The translations under genes and the position numbers were made by a program. The notes beneath the pieces are model-generated. The model was not told the DNA's origin, searched no databases, and saw nothing but the letters and a program-made list of their open reading frames with translations. Source: Octopus sinensis (taxonomy: Eukaryota). Taken from it: DNA of 64,000 nt. The stretch is from contig NC_042999.1 of the NCBI RefSeq assembly GCF_006345805.1, forward strand, positions 60,078,001 through 60,142,000. The letters run 5' to 3'. This document shows, one piece after another, positions 12,934-24,850 of this stretch; within the stretch, counting starts at the first letter, position 1; each line of letters opens with the position of its first letter.

Positions 12934-13375
12934 ACTGCTCAATACCACAGATCTGCTTGTCAGTTGTTTGACATTAACCAGTTGAGCATGTCCCTTAGTG
13001 GCTGACGATATGTGCATCTCTAATCACGAGCAGAAGTGGTGGGGGAGCATCATAGCCATTGGTTGAGAGGGATTCTTTGGGGTTTGAATAATTCACCTCT
13101 GGAAACATGGGTGGTTCTTTCAACATCCTTAAACAACCCTTATTCAGGGACCTTTTGAGCGGGATGGGCTACTCAACCTGAAGAAAACTCTAACTGGGCC
13201 CCACCTGCAAGGTCATGTGCTGTTTATCTTGATATGAGATCACCATGTCGCGCACATATGGTTGTGATGCATGTGCCTGGTGTACCCTTATCATACGAGT
13301 AGTCATGATGGGTATATTGGGCTTCGTATATTTTACCCCAGTGTCACTTTGATGGCATGCACTGCTCTCTCACTC
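12934..13375 (+). mobile_element. Family F, 5'-truncated copy
   Basis: Aligns to the 3' about 440 bp of 11681-12229; (TAA)n on both sides. Confidence 0.8.
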
Positions 13376-13413
<38 letters not shown>

Positions 13414-13799
13414 GAAGAATTGGAAAGTTTCTTGAACATTATAGTGTGGACGGTTATTGTTGGACGACGATGGACGAGCATAAGATGATTGATGTTTCTC
13501 TCTCTGTATATAACTTAGACATCAGTCAAGTGGTAGATCAAAACAAACTCTGAATTTCCAATCGAAAACACGTACACATACTTACACGGACATACACACA
13601 TACTGACACACATACAAACATACACATACATACATACATACACAAAACACGCACTCAGATATGCACATTCAGGTACACAAACATGCAGGGTCAGACACAT
13701 ACACACAGATATACATATACACTTCTTTTTCTCTTTGTACCACTATCTTCCATTCTTATTCATGTGTGTATGTGTGGCGTACGTTTACTTTTGTACACA

Positions 13800-13959
<160 letters not shown>

Positions 13960-13960
13960 A

Positions 13961-14262
13961 AGGCGCATGGCTCAGTGGTTAGAGCGTCGATCTTACGATC
14001 GTGAGGTTGTGAGCTCGAATCCCGGACCGGGCTGCGTGTTGTGTTCTTGAGCAAAACACTTTATTTCACGTTGCTCCAGTTCACTCAGCTGTAGAAATGA
14101 GTTGCGACGTCACTGGTTCCAAGCTGTATCGACCTTTGTCTTTCCCTTGGATAACACTGGTGGCGTGGAGAGGGGAGGCCGGTATGCATGGGCGACTGCT
14201 GGTCTTCCATAAACAACCTTGCCCGGACTTGTGTCTAGGAGGGTAACTTTCTAGGTGCAATC

Positions 14263-14266
<4 letters not shown>
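13961..14266 (+). mobile_element. tRNA-derived SINE family D, CORE-like
   Basis: tRNA-like head ggcgcatggctcagtggttagagcg...gagctcgaatccc followed by ttcttgagcaaaacactttatttcacgttgctccagttcactcagctgtagaaatgag, resembling the CORE domain. Confidence 0.75.
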
Positions 14267-14302
<36 letters not shown>

Positions 14303-14352
14303 GTATATACATATATATATATATATATGATATATATATATATATATATACG

Positions 14353-14399
<47 letters not shown>

Positions 14400-14861
14400 T
14401 TCCATGCATTATGTAAGATGCGTGTGACAGACAGTGTGCTCGTGCATGTGTGTGTATGTCAAAAAGCAAAAGCCAAAAAACGTGGGAAAAGTATGCGATA
14501 GAGTAATAGAAATATTTCTCTACCCATGAACACACACACACACACACACACAAACATTAAAGCATAGGTAACCATGAAGAGCATTAAATTCAGATGTGCA
14601 CCCAGTTCGGTTTGTCATCGCTGGGTTATAAATTGACTATGTTGACATATATGTTGTTTAAATATAGGTTTGTTTATGCATAACACTTTAGAATTTATTC
14701 AATGTCGGATTTGTGCTATTTGCAAAGGAAAGCACGTGTTAATGTGGAATTTATCTATAAATAAAGCAAAGTGTTATTGACCCGGCTGTATTTTGTTGAC
14801 TCTTATTGGCGACACATCGCATATTACGAATAACAAACGTTAACAAATTGTGAAATATATT

Positions 14862-14909
<48 letters not shown>

Positions 14910-15119
14910 CACCATCTTTATTTTGATAGCTATGAGTAATTTTGCCAGAAAGAGGGAGGCTGATTCATATCAAAGAGCCACAGATTCGATGCCGGATTCT
15001 CTATGGAGACAACGGTGAAAAGTTACATGTACATAAACTTTGCACCGAGTTACTTCGCTTGTTGTCAATATTTGCGAGTGTAGAACCATCTATCTATTTC
15101 TCTCTTACATATATATATG

Positions 15120-15150
<31 letters not shown>

Positions 15151-15158
15151 TATATATG

Positions 15159-15298
<140 letters not shown>

Positions 15299-15399
15299 TA
15301 TAGACAGATAAGCATAGATAGATAGGCAGACAGACAGGCATATATATATATATATGCTTGTCCGAGATCATGCTGCACTCCAAAATGCTTAGTGGTACT

Positions 15400-16000
15400 T
15401 TTTCAGTGTCTTATTTGTATTGGGAAGACCGGACCTCCACGAAGGGAACAGAGGGATGGACGTACACAGAGCAGAGACCAAGCTGGCTCCATGCGCGTAG
15501 GCCACTCGTGCTCCCTTATGACAATACGTTCAGCTACGTTGTGGAGAACATTGTAGATGAGGACATGACAAGAACTCGACAAGAGAAATATGCTGAGAGC
15601 GGAGACCGGTGATCGAGGCCGTCATATCTGACGAGTAAAGTGACCTGTTTGTTGCCATGCAACGTCGTCAAACAGGACGTTACATACCTATTCAGTGACC
15701 GGTTGGATACAGGTGTTGAAATCTGTGAGAAGAGATGCAAGGTTACTGCACAAAGTATACAAAAGCTTCGGCATGATGAAGTAGTTCCTTAATAGGAAGA
15801 ATACTTGATGGGCATCGATAACATTCAATCGGCTTCCCAGAGTTTCGAGCCCGCTAAGTCTAGACCTGAGGGTGGAGTGAATGGCAGGCGGGGTCATCGG
15901 TGAAACAAGGATAAGGACATCCTCTTCCCCTGGTGAAATAATGATCGCATGTCTCAGACGGAGACCACGAAGGTATCTGCGTTGTACTTGGCGTTCACGA
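15400..16000 (-). mobile_element. Decayed CRE-like non-LTR retrotransposon fragment (post-RT region)
   Basis: Pieces LETLGSRLNVIDAHQVFFLLRNYFIMPKLLYTL and (AWQQ)-TLLVRYDGLDHRSP-LSAYFS resemble the CRE-clade H.A..LLR....PKL.Y.LR and WQQASLPVR.GGLG.R motifs (from recall). Confidence 0.55.
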
Positions 16001-16554
16001 CTTGAAGAAATTTATCTCGAGGCCGATCCGCTTTTCGTCGCATCGTCCTGATACTAGACATTGAAATGAACCGTGATGCTCCGAGCAACGCCGTCTAACC
16101 TGACGGCGAAGAGGAGTGGATACTTTATAAGTATACTAGATCTAAAATGCACACATTATTTTTGAATATTGAAGATATATTCTTTCAGCTTATTTATCTT
16201 ATTGGGTATACACAAAAATAATTTCTAAGAGTTGTACAACACTTCCAGTGAGTAAATGTCCCCATTAAATGAATAAAGATACATATTGTAAATTCATGTC
16301 GCTATCGCTGTTGAGCAAAACACAGTCTTGTGACAAATGACAGTGATGCAGTTTCAATTCCCAGTCGAAGCTAGAAATCAGGTTGTTACCTTGCTTAGGG
16401 AAATATATAAGGTTACTGCCTAGCTTATTGAAAGACATAAACGTCAGGCTTTGCGAAAATATACGTTCTCTCTGTCTAGTGACAGTCTCTGTATATGACT
16501 AGATTATCCTGTAGTGTCATATCTTATTTTTAAGACAGTAGGTCTTACCGTTGT

Positions 16555-16780
16555 TAAGACAGCGAGCCGGCAGAATCGTTAGCGCGCCGGGCGAAATGCT
16601 TAGCGGTGTTTCGTCTGCCGTTACGTTCTGAGTTCAATTTCCGCCGAGGTCGACTTTGCCTTTCATCCTTTCGGGGTCGATTACCAGTTACGCACTGGGA
16701 TCGATATATTCGACTTAATCCGTTTGTCTGTCCTTGTTTGTCCTCTCTGTGTTTAGCCCCTTGTGGGTAGTAAAGAAATA
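16555..16780 (+). mobile_element. SINE family A, long-tail subfamily, full length
   Basis: Near-identical to 53630-53863. Confidence 0.9.
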
Positions 16781-17034
16781 GGTATTTTTTCGGCTCTCAC
16801 TTTTGAGTTTAAATGCGTTTGATGTTGACTTTGCCTTCAAACCCATTCCGAGTTATTAGAATAAATACCAGTTAAGTTCTGGCAGTGATGTAATCGATTA
16901 TCTCCCGTCCCCACCCCTGTACCAAATTTATTCCTTATTTTCGCACAATGCCAGCAATTTGAGGCTAGGGACCAAATCGGATACCTCGACCCTAGTGTTT
17001 AACTAGTACTTCTCTTATTAACTCCGAAAGAATG

Positions 17035-17178
17035 CCGAGGTGGCAAGCTGGTAAAAATTATTAGAACGTCAAAGAAAATGCTTTGAGGTATTTCTTCTGG
17101 ATTTTCACGTTATGAGTTCAAATTCCTCCCAGAGAGATTTTACCTTTCATTTCATTCGGGAACAGTAAAAGGTGAGCA
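17035..17178 (+). mobile_element. 5' half of an old family A SINE interrupted by the ORF1-only element; resumes at 19246 to about 19320
   Basis: Removing 17179-19245 restores ...cctttcat...ggtgagcactggg...aatcgaattac...gctggc, the family A short-tail layout. Confidence 0.7.
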
Positions 17179-17342
17179 GTGTAAAGCCGAGAGTTGTATT
17201 TGAAGGTCGGTCAGAGAGTGTTGGAGTTAATTTTTGTGAGTTACATGTTAATTGATTGTGAATTAATTATTACTGAATGTTGAAGGCTTTCCCTGTGCGG
17301 CCGTATCCGTGTATTTTCGGTTGTTTTTAATTCAATTGTATA

Positions 17343-18668
17343 ATGGAGAATTTGAATACCTCGAGCCAGAGCTATGCAGCGGCGGCAACAGGTAGTGACA
17401 ATATTGCCGCGTTAACAGAGATGGATGTAAAGGTGGAAACAGATAGAATTAAAGAATGTGGAAAATTGTTAACAAATCAAGGAACAGCACTCTCTCCGCG
17501 ATCGCCAAAGGAATTTTCAGAAAGTTTACAAAAAAGAACGGTCCTGTAGATGACGTTAAGATTAGCCACAGGAAAAATCGAAACCGCGACGACTGAGAGT
17601 ATAGAAAAAATACTAAAAAAAAGTATTAAACACCTGGCGACATTTGTAACGAGAGGTCAGAAGTTCGGAGTGGTGGAAGTCAGGTTCGCATCTGAGGAAG
17701 TAACAGCAGAGCATGCAGTAGACGCGATTAGGAACGACGAATGGGCTTTCCTACTTAGTTACTGCGGGAAAAGAATGGCGAGAGTAAGGGGGGGGGTAAA
17801 ATCCCACCCGAATACGACGAGACGTGGATTATGGCGGCAGTCTTGTTACATATGAAACAGAGTCCGAAAATATTTAAGGCAACAAGAACTCAAAAGGTGG
17901 ACTTTTGGGGATACGGGCTAGAAATGAAAACTCAAGCCACCCTGGAAGACCTGAATTCTATAACTGAAGAAATAATATTGCCCGAAGGAAACAAGGTGGC
18001 GGTAGAGGGCAGACCTGTGAAATGCTTTTTGTGTAACGAAAGAGGACACAAAAAAGCGGACTGCCCTCGAAACAAGGGAAAATAGAGGGAGGAGAGTTCG
18101 ACGCAGAGAGGGGCAACCGTGGAAGAGTGTAGAGAAGAAGCTGAAACAGGGGATACAGAGGAAGAGTTCGTGGAGGTGAAACCGCGGAAAAGAAAAAGTA
18201 GAAGGGGTTCTCCACCGGAGAAGCTGAGAAAGAAAAAATAGGCGATGGGAAGTAATGGAGAAAAAATTGTGCCAAGAAAGACAGAAGAGGAAAGTTTGAA
18301 AGTGTCTCCTCTGAAAGTGAAGTTGAAGAGAGGTGAAGAAAAAAGGAATGATGGAGGGAGTGAAAACCTGACGAAGAAGAAATAGTATTATGTAGAATAC
18401 CAAAGGAGTATACATACAGAAGCAGAGATCCTGAAAATGAAGCCAGTAACACGGGTAAAATTACCTGAGGGTTACAGCAAGGATGGAACTAAAGCAATAA
18501 TAATAGAACCGAATTGCTATGAAGAGTTAAAAAAATAGGTGCGACTTGGGAAATGTACAGTTTAAAGTCGAGTTGGAAAAGTTGGAACCAGTAATCGATT
18601 GGGATGACGTGATACCGTTAATAAAGGACTGTCTTTTAGATAGCCCTGAACCAATGGACAGCGAGTAA
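17343..18668 (+). pseudogene. Decayed ORF1/Gag-like protein, about 440 aa, with CCHC zinc knuckle
   Basis: ATG at 17343 (MENLNTSSQSYAAAA...), in-frame TAG at 17547, frameshift in the G-run near 17790, VEGRPVKCFLCNERGHKKADCP near 18000-18066, further stops, ends ...LLDSPEPMDSE* near 18668. Confidence 0.75.
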
Positions 18669-18900
18669 TAAAACTTTTTATTGGAAAGACAATGCGTCAG
18701 AAATCTTATGTGGAACGTTGGAGAATATGCAGATTGGCGATTTCAAATGATATGTTACATGTTAAATAATTGTTATGTAAATACATGATAATGATGGACT
18801 GTAAACAAGATTAATGGTACTGCATGTGATGAGGGGCGCATGCAGCCATTCATAATCTCATTGTTATATGATCATCTCATTCATATTCGTTTTATGTATT

Positions 18901-19133
18901 TGTTTCTTTATTACCCACAAGGGGCTAAACATAGAGGGGACAAACAAGGACAGACAAACGAATTAAGTCGATTACATCGACCCCAGTGCATAACTGGTAC
19001 TTAATTTATCGACCCCGAAACAATGAAAGGCAAAGTCGACCTCGGCGGGATTTGAACTCAGAACGTAACGGCAGACGAAATACGGGTAAGCATTTCGCCC
19101 GGCGTGCTAACGGTTCTGCCAGCTCGCCGCCTT
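18901..19133 (-). mobile_element. SINE family A, long-tail, full length, inserted in the 3' UTR of the ORF1-only element
   Basis: 18-bp TSD atattcgttttatgtatt at 18883-18900 and 19134-19151. Confidence 0.92.
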
Positions 19134-19765
19134 ATATTCGTTTTATGTATTGTCCCCTCTGTGGTGTCCTGTCTGTTCTTGTTTGTCTCCCCTCTATTTT
19201 GAGCCCTTGTGACTATAATAAAGGAAGAGCAGTAAAAGGTGAGCACTGGGTTCAGTAAAATCGAATTACTTCATCCACTCTAAAATGGCTGGCTATTACC
19301 AAAATCTAAACCAATATTGTTATTGCTACTCCTCATCAATCTTGGTCAAGCAGACACATGACTAAAGACGTTCTAGCCATGACCATTCCGTCTTGAGGTT
19401 CTGCCATTGCATGGCTATGACTAAATTATCCAGTAGTGTCATATCTTATTTTTAAGACTGTAGGATATTGGAAAATGACACACTTGATATTCCTAACGAG
19501 ACAAGGGGTCATGAAGATGCTCTCAGCTGCTCGTCATCAAAGAAACAGTAAAATCGGAGTGAGCTGAGCGAGACCACAATCCTGTTTCGATTCTCAGAGC
19601 TGTGATAATTTTACCTGTGATAATTTCGTTTCCGAACCGAAATTTATAATTAGTGCTAATGAATGAATACTACACAATCTCTCCTACTTCATCAATACAT
19701 GGACGACCTTCAATTATATTCAACTAAATCAGTATTTTATATTTACTCACGTTATTATTTCGTGT

Positions 19766-19925
19766 GTGGAGGCGTGTGGCTTAGTGGTTAGAGTGTCAGC
19801 ATTATGATTGTAAGGTCGTGGTTTCGATTGGTGGACCTGGCGACGCGTTGTGTTCTTGAGCAACACATACGCCATTCAAACCAGGAAACCGGGCCCATGA
19901 TCCTGGCTAGGCTTTGAAAGGGCAC
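19766..19925 (+). mobile_element. Short chimeric SINE: family D-type head joined to family C 3' end
   Basis: Head to ...gcgttgtgttcttgagca, then acacatacgcca...ggaaaccgggcccatga.cctggctaggctt as at 43100-43160 and 58910-58970. Confidence 0.6.
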
Positions 19926-19949
19926 ATTTTTTTTACTGTTATTTTGTGT

Positions 19950-20170
19950 GGGTAAGGTAGCGAACTGGCAGAATCGTTAGCACGTTGGACAAAATGCTTA
20001 GCGGTATTTTGCCCGTCGCTACGTTCTGAGTTCAAATTCCGCTGAAGTCGACTTTGCTTTTCAATCTTTCAGTGTCGATAAATGAAATACCAGTGAAACA
20101 CTGCGGTCAATGTGATCGACAAAATCCCCACCCCTCAAATTTCAGGTCTTGTGCCTTTAGTAGAAATAAT
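19950..20170 (+). mobile_element. SINE family A (short-tail); tail interrupted by the Merlin-like element
   Basis: Family A core; tail continues after 21954 as gaaataattattttg. Confidence 0.75.
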
Positions 20171-21954
20171 GGATCTTTTCCTTTTTGAAAGCCAGATTTT
20201 CCTAGTTAACTAAACAATTTGAAACTTCGTATACTGGTAGAATGTGTCAAAAGAAAACATAATTGTAAACCAAAATGAAAACGGAATTGTAATTTCTAAG
20301 TTTAACGTTGTTTAAAAATTCGAATTTTAACCAATGATATTCTTTCTTTCGGCCTCATATTACTTACTGCTTCTCAAAATATTGTTACTGTGACGTAAAC
20401 TGCTATTTTGTGACGTAGTTAACATAGTTAAAATGTAAACATCACCGTCCCATATAACAAAGTCCTAAACAGACAGAATAATAATAAAAATACGGCGGGC
20501 TTTCGAAATAGCTGTCGAGAATAAAATGAAATTTCGATGGTAAATTTTTGGAGGGTTTTCGGTAACTTAGTTTCGATATAAAAAATAAAATTGCACAAAA
20601 TTTTGGCACAAGACCAACAATTTGGGAGGAGGGGTTAATCGATTACATTGACTGGTACTTAATTGATCATGAAAGGTAGAGTCGACGACGATGGTAACGT
20701 GAGGAGTCGGAAGAAATGCCACAAGGTATTTTGTCCGACGCACGAACGATTCTGCCAGCTTACCCCACCCCCATCCTTAATAATATTTCTTTCCCCAGTA
20801 AGCTGATGGGAAGAACTAGTCGATTGTATTCAACTGGTACTTATTCTATAAGCGCCGCCCGAAAGAAGGAAAGCTCAGCAATATTCGAACACGGAACGTA
20901 AAGATTCGTAAGAAATTACGCTAGGCATTTTATCCGATGCACTACCGATTCTGCCAGCTTTACATTATATTTTTCGTCGAAGGTTAACTATGTCACCTTG
21001 ATGATATATTTTTACGCGTGGACAAATAATAGAGAGATAATGTGGATCAGATGATATTACATGCTGACAAGGGCTTGGTAAAGGACTGTTAAAATGTTTA
21101 GGGATACGGTCCTATACGTTCGGGTTTCAACCCTCACCGGAATTCAAAACAAGCCGTCTGTTCTTCCACGGTCGAGAAAATACATCGATCAAGTATTGGA
21201 GATCGATATAAATGATTATACCCTCCACTCTCCCCAAAATATATGCTTTGTGTCTATAATCAATATTACAAATATATTGTTATTGCTATTTAACTCAGGT
21301 CATCCTGATAAACCCGGTTGAGGATCAAGGGGTTCCAACTATGACCAACCCGTATTTTTGCGCCCCGCCCTTTTTTCAGATATAGCATCTATGATTATAT
21401 TAGCCAATGTACCCTTCCTTTAACCCAGTAGTATATAGTTTTAAGGGGATTTGGGTGTTATTCCTAGCACATCGACGAGCGAAAACGCAGAGGGCCCTGA
21501 TTATGTGCGGGTATGCATATGGATGGGTACGTGTGTGTATGTGGGTGCATACAAGCCAAATAACCGGTTCAAGGCGTGTGTCAAACTGAAGAATCAAAGC
21601 GTGTGCACAAGTTTATAGTAAATATATACATTGTATAGAGAAAACACCCGAAGCCTATACAAAAACGCTGAATATGTGTTTATTATTCATCCAAAGTAAA
21701 CAGTACGTGTGTGCTGTTTACGTCCACAGTAACATATGTTTAGACGGAGCAAATAATTTCAACTGAATACAGAGAATACGATTGGTTAAAATTCGCAGAT
21801 TTAAACTATGTTTAAACTTATAAAATACTTTTTGTCAAAAAAACTAGTTGAAATTATTGTTTTCTTTTGACACATTCTACCAGTATACGAAGTTTCAAAT
21901 TATTTAGTTAACTAGAAAAATCTGAAAAATCTGGCTTTCAAAAAGAAAAGATCC
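20171..21954. mobile_element. Non-autonomous DNA transposon with about 240-bp imperfect TIRs and 8-bp TSD (Merlin-like)
   Basis: Termini GGATCTTTTC... and ...GAAAAGATCC; TSD gaaataat at 20163-20170 and 21955-21962; arms about 20171-20410 and 21710-21954. The interior carries old SINEs and no transposase. The superfamily is inferred from GG ends plus the 8-bp TSD. Confidence 0.7.
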
Positions 21955-21984
21955 GAAATAATTATTTTGTGTGTGTGTGTGTGC

Positions 21985-22410
21985 TTGTTAGCGCGCCAGG
22001 CAAAAGGTTTAGCGGTATTTCGTCCGTCTTTACGTTCTGAGTTCAAATTCTGCTGAGGTCAACTTTGCCATTCATCCTTTCGGGGTCGATAAATTAAGTA
22101 CCAGTTACACACTGGGGTCGATGTAATCAACTTAGCCCCCTCCACCGAAATTATTGCCCATGTGCAGAAATCTGAAATCATTATTTTGTGTATGTGTAAG
22201 GCGGCGATTTGGCAGTATCGTTACGACGTCGGACAAAATGCTTAGCGGCATTTCTTCCGATTTTATATTCTGAGTTCAAATGCCGCCCGGGTCGACTTTC
22301 TCTTTCATCCTTTCGAAGTCGATAAAAATAAGTTGCCAGTTGAACACTGGGGCCAATTTAATCAAGTAGTCTCCTCCCACAAAATTTCAGGTCTCGTGCT
22401 TATTGCAGAA
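21985..22410 (+). mobile_element. Two tandem diverged family A SINEs
   Basis: Two successive family A cores (about 21985-22185 and 22195-22410). Confidence 0.7.
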
Positions 22411-22535
22411 AAGTTTATAGTGTGTATGTGTCTGTGTATGTGTATATGTGTATTTACCTCTGTGTGTGTGTGTATGTCTTTATCTTTCGTTAGAACTCTT
22501 CATTCCACACCGCTACAACAACACCTCCTTCCTAC

Positions 22536-22638
22536 CTCATAGCGTCGTGGTCGAAGTCGAAGTAAATGCAATTCTGGTAACCATACTCGCGAAATACCTT
22601 TATCATAAAGTCTTGTGATCTCTTTCCTACGTTGAAAG
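22536..22638 (-). CDS. Probable internal coding exon (103 nt) of an unidentified host gene
   Basis: Acceptor gaagttttacag| and donor gag|gtagga. Phase 1-to-2 frame gives xFNVGKRSQDFMIKVFREYGYQNCIYFDFDHDAM with C-rich third positions. Unique sequence, more GC-rich than flanks. Protein not recognised. Confidence 0.55.
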
Positions 22639-23193
22639 CTGTAAAACTTCTCTTTTTTAAAAAATTTTATCTCGGTTCAGTATTCAATGAATACGACTTG
22701 CTGCTCACCTCAGGCTAAATATTCCACTATTTACTGTTATGATTTATTCCAAAATGCAAAAAAAACTAAACAAAAAAAAAACGGATAAAGAAAAGACAAA
22801 AAGCGAGAGAGAGAGAGAGAGAGAGAGAGAAAACAGAAAAAAGACACACACACACATGCACACACACACACACAACACACACACACACACATACGTATAC
22901 TGTACAAACAACAAGAGAACCAAAAACAAACAAATCCGCATGAAAATGAACTAAAATGTAAAAGCAAAAATACATAGAAAGACAAATGAAATATAAAATG
23001 TAGAAGAGAGGCTGTCAAATGAATCTGGTGTTTCGTAGTTGGTGAAATTACTTTACAAAAATACGCTGTCATTTTCGTTATTTATATATTTAGTATAAAA
23101 TAGAATATTGAAATCAATTCATGAAAAGAACAAGGCTACCTTCAGGCAAAAAATGTGATGAATGAATCATTTTTGTATAAAGAAGAAATAAAT

Positions 23194-23322
23194 TGTATGT
23201 ATGTATGTATGTATGTATGTATGTTTGTATGTATGTATGTATGTATGTATGTATGTATGTATGTATGTATGTATGTATGTATGTATGTATGTATGTATGT
23301 TTGTATGTATGTATGTATGTAT
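23194..23322. repeat. (TATG)n microsatellite
   Basis: Direct reading. Confidence 0.95.
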
Positions 23323-23540
23323 TTGTGTATATATGTGTGAAGTACCTAGGTATATGTGTATTGTGCTTATGTGTGTGCATGCAATGGGCTTGTACATACA
23401 TATATGTATTCATTCATACATACACATGCACACACATATATATACACACACATACATATTCATACCCACATAGACACATACATACATACGTACATATACA
23501 TATGTATGCATACATACATATTCATACATACATGCATACA

Positions 23541-23611
<71 letters not shown>

Positions 23612-23802
23612 CGTGTGTATGCATGTATATGTATATATATGCACGTATTTATGCATATAACTATGTATATGTATGATGTACATACGTATACATACACATA
23701 ACACAGAAACACACGCACACACATATAACGTACATGCACTTATCTGATTCCCTCATTTGATGTGAAAGAGAGTGAGGGAATGTGTGCGTCGTACGTGAGT
23801 GC

Positions 23803-23877
<75 letters not shown>

Positions 23878-24421
23878 ATATATGTATATTATATACTATA
23901 TATATATATATATTATACTTTATGTCTATATATTATATGTATTATATACATAAATATATATGCATATATATACATAAATATATATAGTAAATATATATAC
24001 ATATATATATACATACATACACGTATGTAGATATAGGTTTGTATACAGCCATACACCATCGACCTCACATAATTATACCTACATTCGGGTAACAAGAAAC
24101 ACAAGCACAAATATAACGCGAACACACACATATCTACATGAAAAGACAAACGTTCCAACTTACTCATTTAGACAAGACCTCACGCAAGGTTTTCTATCAA
24201 GAACGTGAAAAAGAAATAAACAGTATTTGAACGCTCCGCTAATTTATAAAAGAAGGCAGGTAGAGCTTTTGACAGTTCCCTCCGGATTTTTTCTTTGGCT
24301 GAATTTTCTCATTACATTCAATATGAACTAGTCTCCAGTAATTGTGATCGATATTCAGGCGCCTAATTGTGATAATAGAGAATTTCGAATATATTGATAT
24401 GAATGACATCGAATTCACTGC

Positions 24422-24427
<6 letters not shown>

Positions 24428-24483
<56 letters not shown>

Positions 24484-24595
24484 CTATTTATCTATCTATC
24501 TATATATCTATCTATATACCTATCTATCTATCTATCTATCTATTTATATATGAATCTATCTATTTATCTATCTCTATGTATGTATATATATATGA

Positions 24596-24657
<62 letters not shown>

Positions 24658-24683
24658 TTATCTATCTCTATGTATATATATGA

Positions 24684-24736
<53 letters not shown>

Positions 24737-24757
24737 CCTATATATCTATCTATATAC

Positions 24758-24846
<89 letters not shown>

Positions 24847-24850
24847 AATC
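24428..24850. repeat. (CT)n followed by long interrupted (CTAT)n array
   Basis: Direct reading; source of the LSIY ORFs. Confidence 0.95.

Larger units (their letters stand above)
17179..19229 (+). mobile_element. ORF1-only (HAL1-like) non-autonomous non-LTR retroelement with 16-bp TSD
   Basis: Exact direct repeat cagtaaaaggtgagca at 17163-17178 and 19230-19245. One decayed ORF1, no EN/RT. AATAAA at 19217-19222. Confidence 0.8.

Noticed and set aside
13961-14040. tRNA genes at tRNA-like segments (also 42884, 45375, 58657)
   Set aside because: Only A/B-box-like heads of SINEs; no complete cloverleaf, and they continue into SINE bodies.
21468-21510. Plus-strand host exon TSTSENAEGPDYVR
   Set aside because: Lies inside a TSD-bounded transposon, so it is unlikely to be an ancestral host exon; no supporting evidence.
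22536-22638. Alternative frame containing VWLPELHL, reminiscent of the Cys-loop receptor W.PD motif
   Set aside because: Lacks the downstream Asn and the correct upstream spacing; the rest is Arg-rich and looks off-frame.
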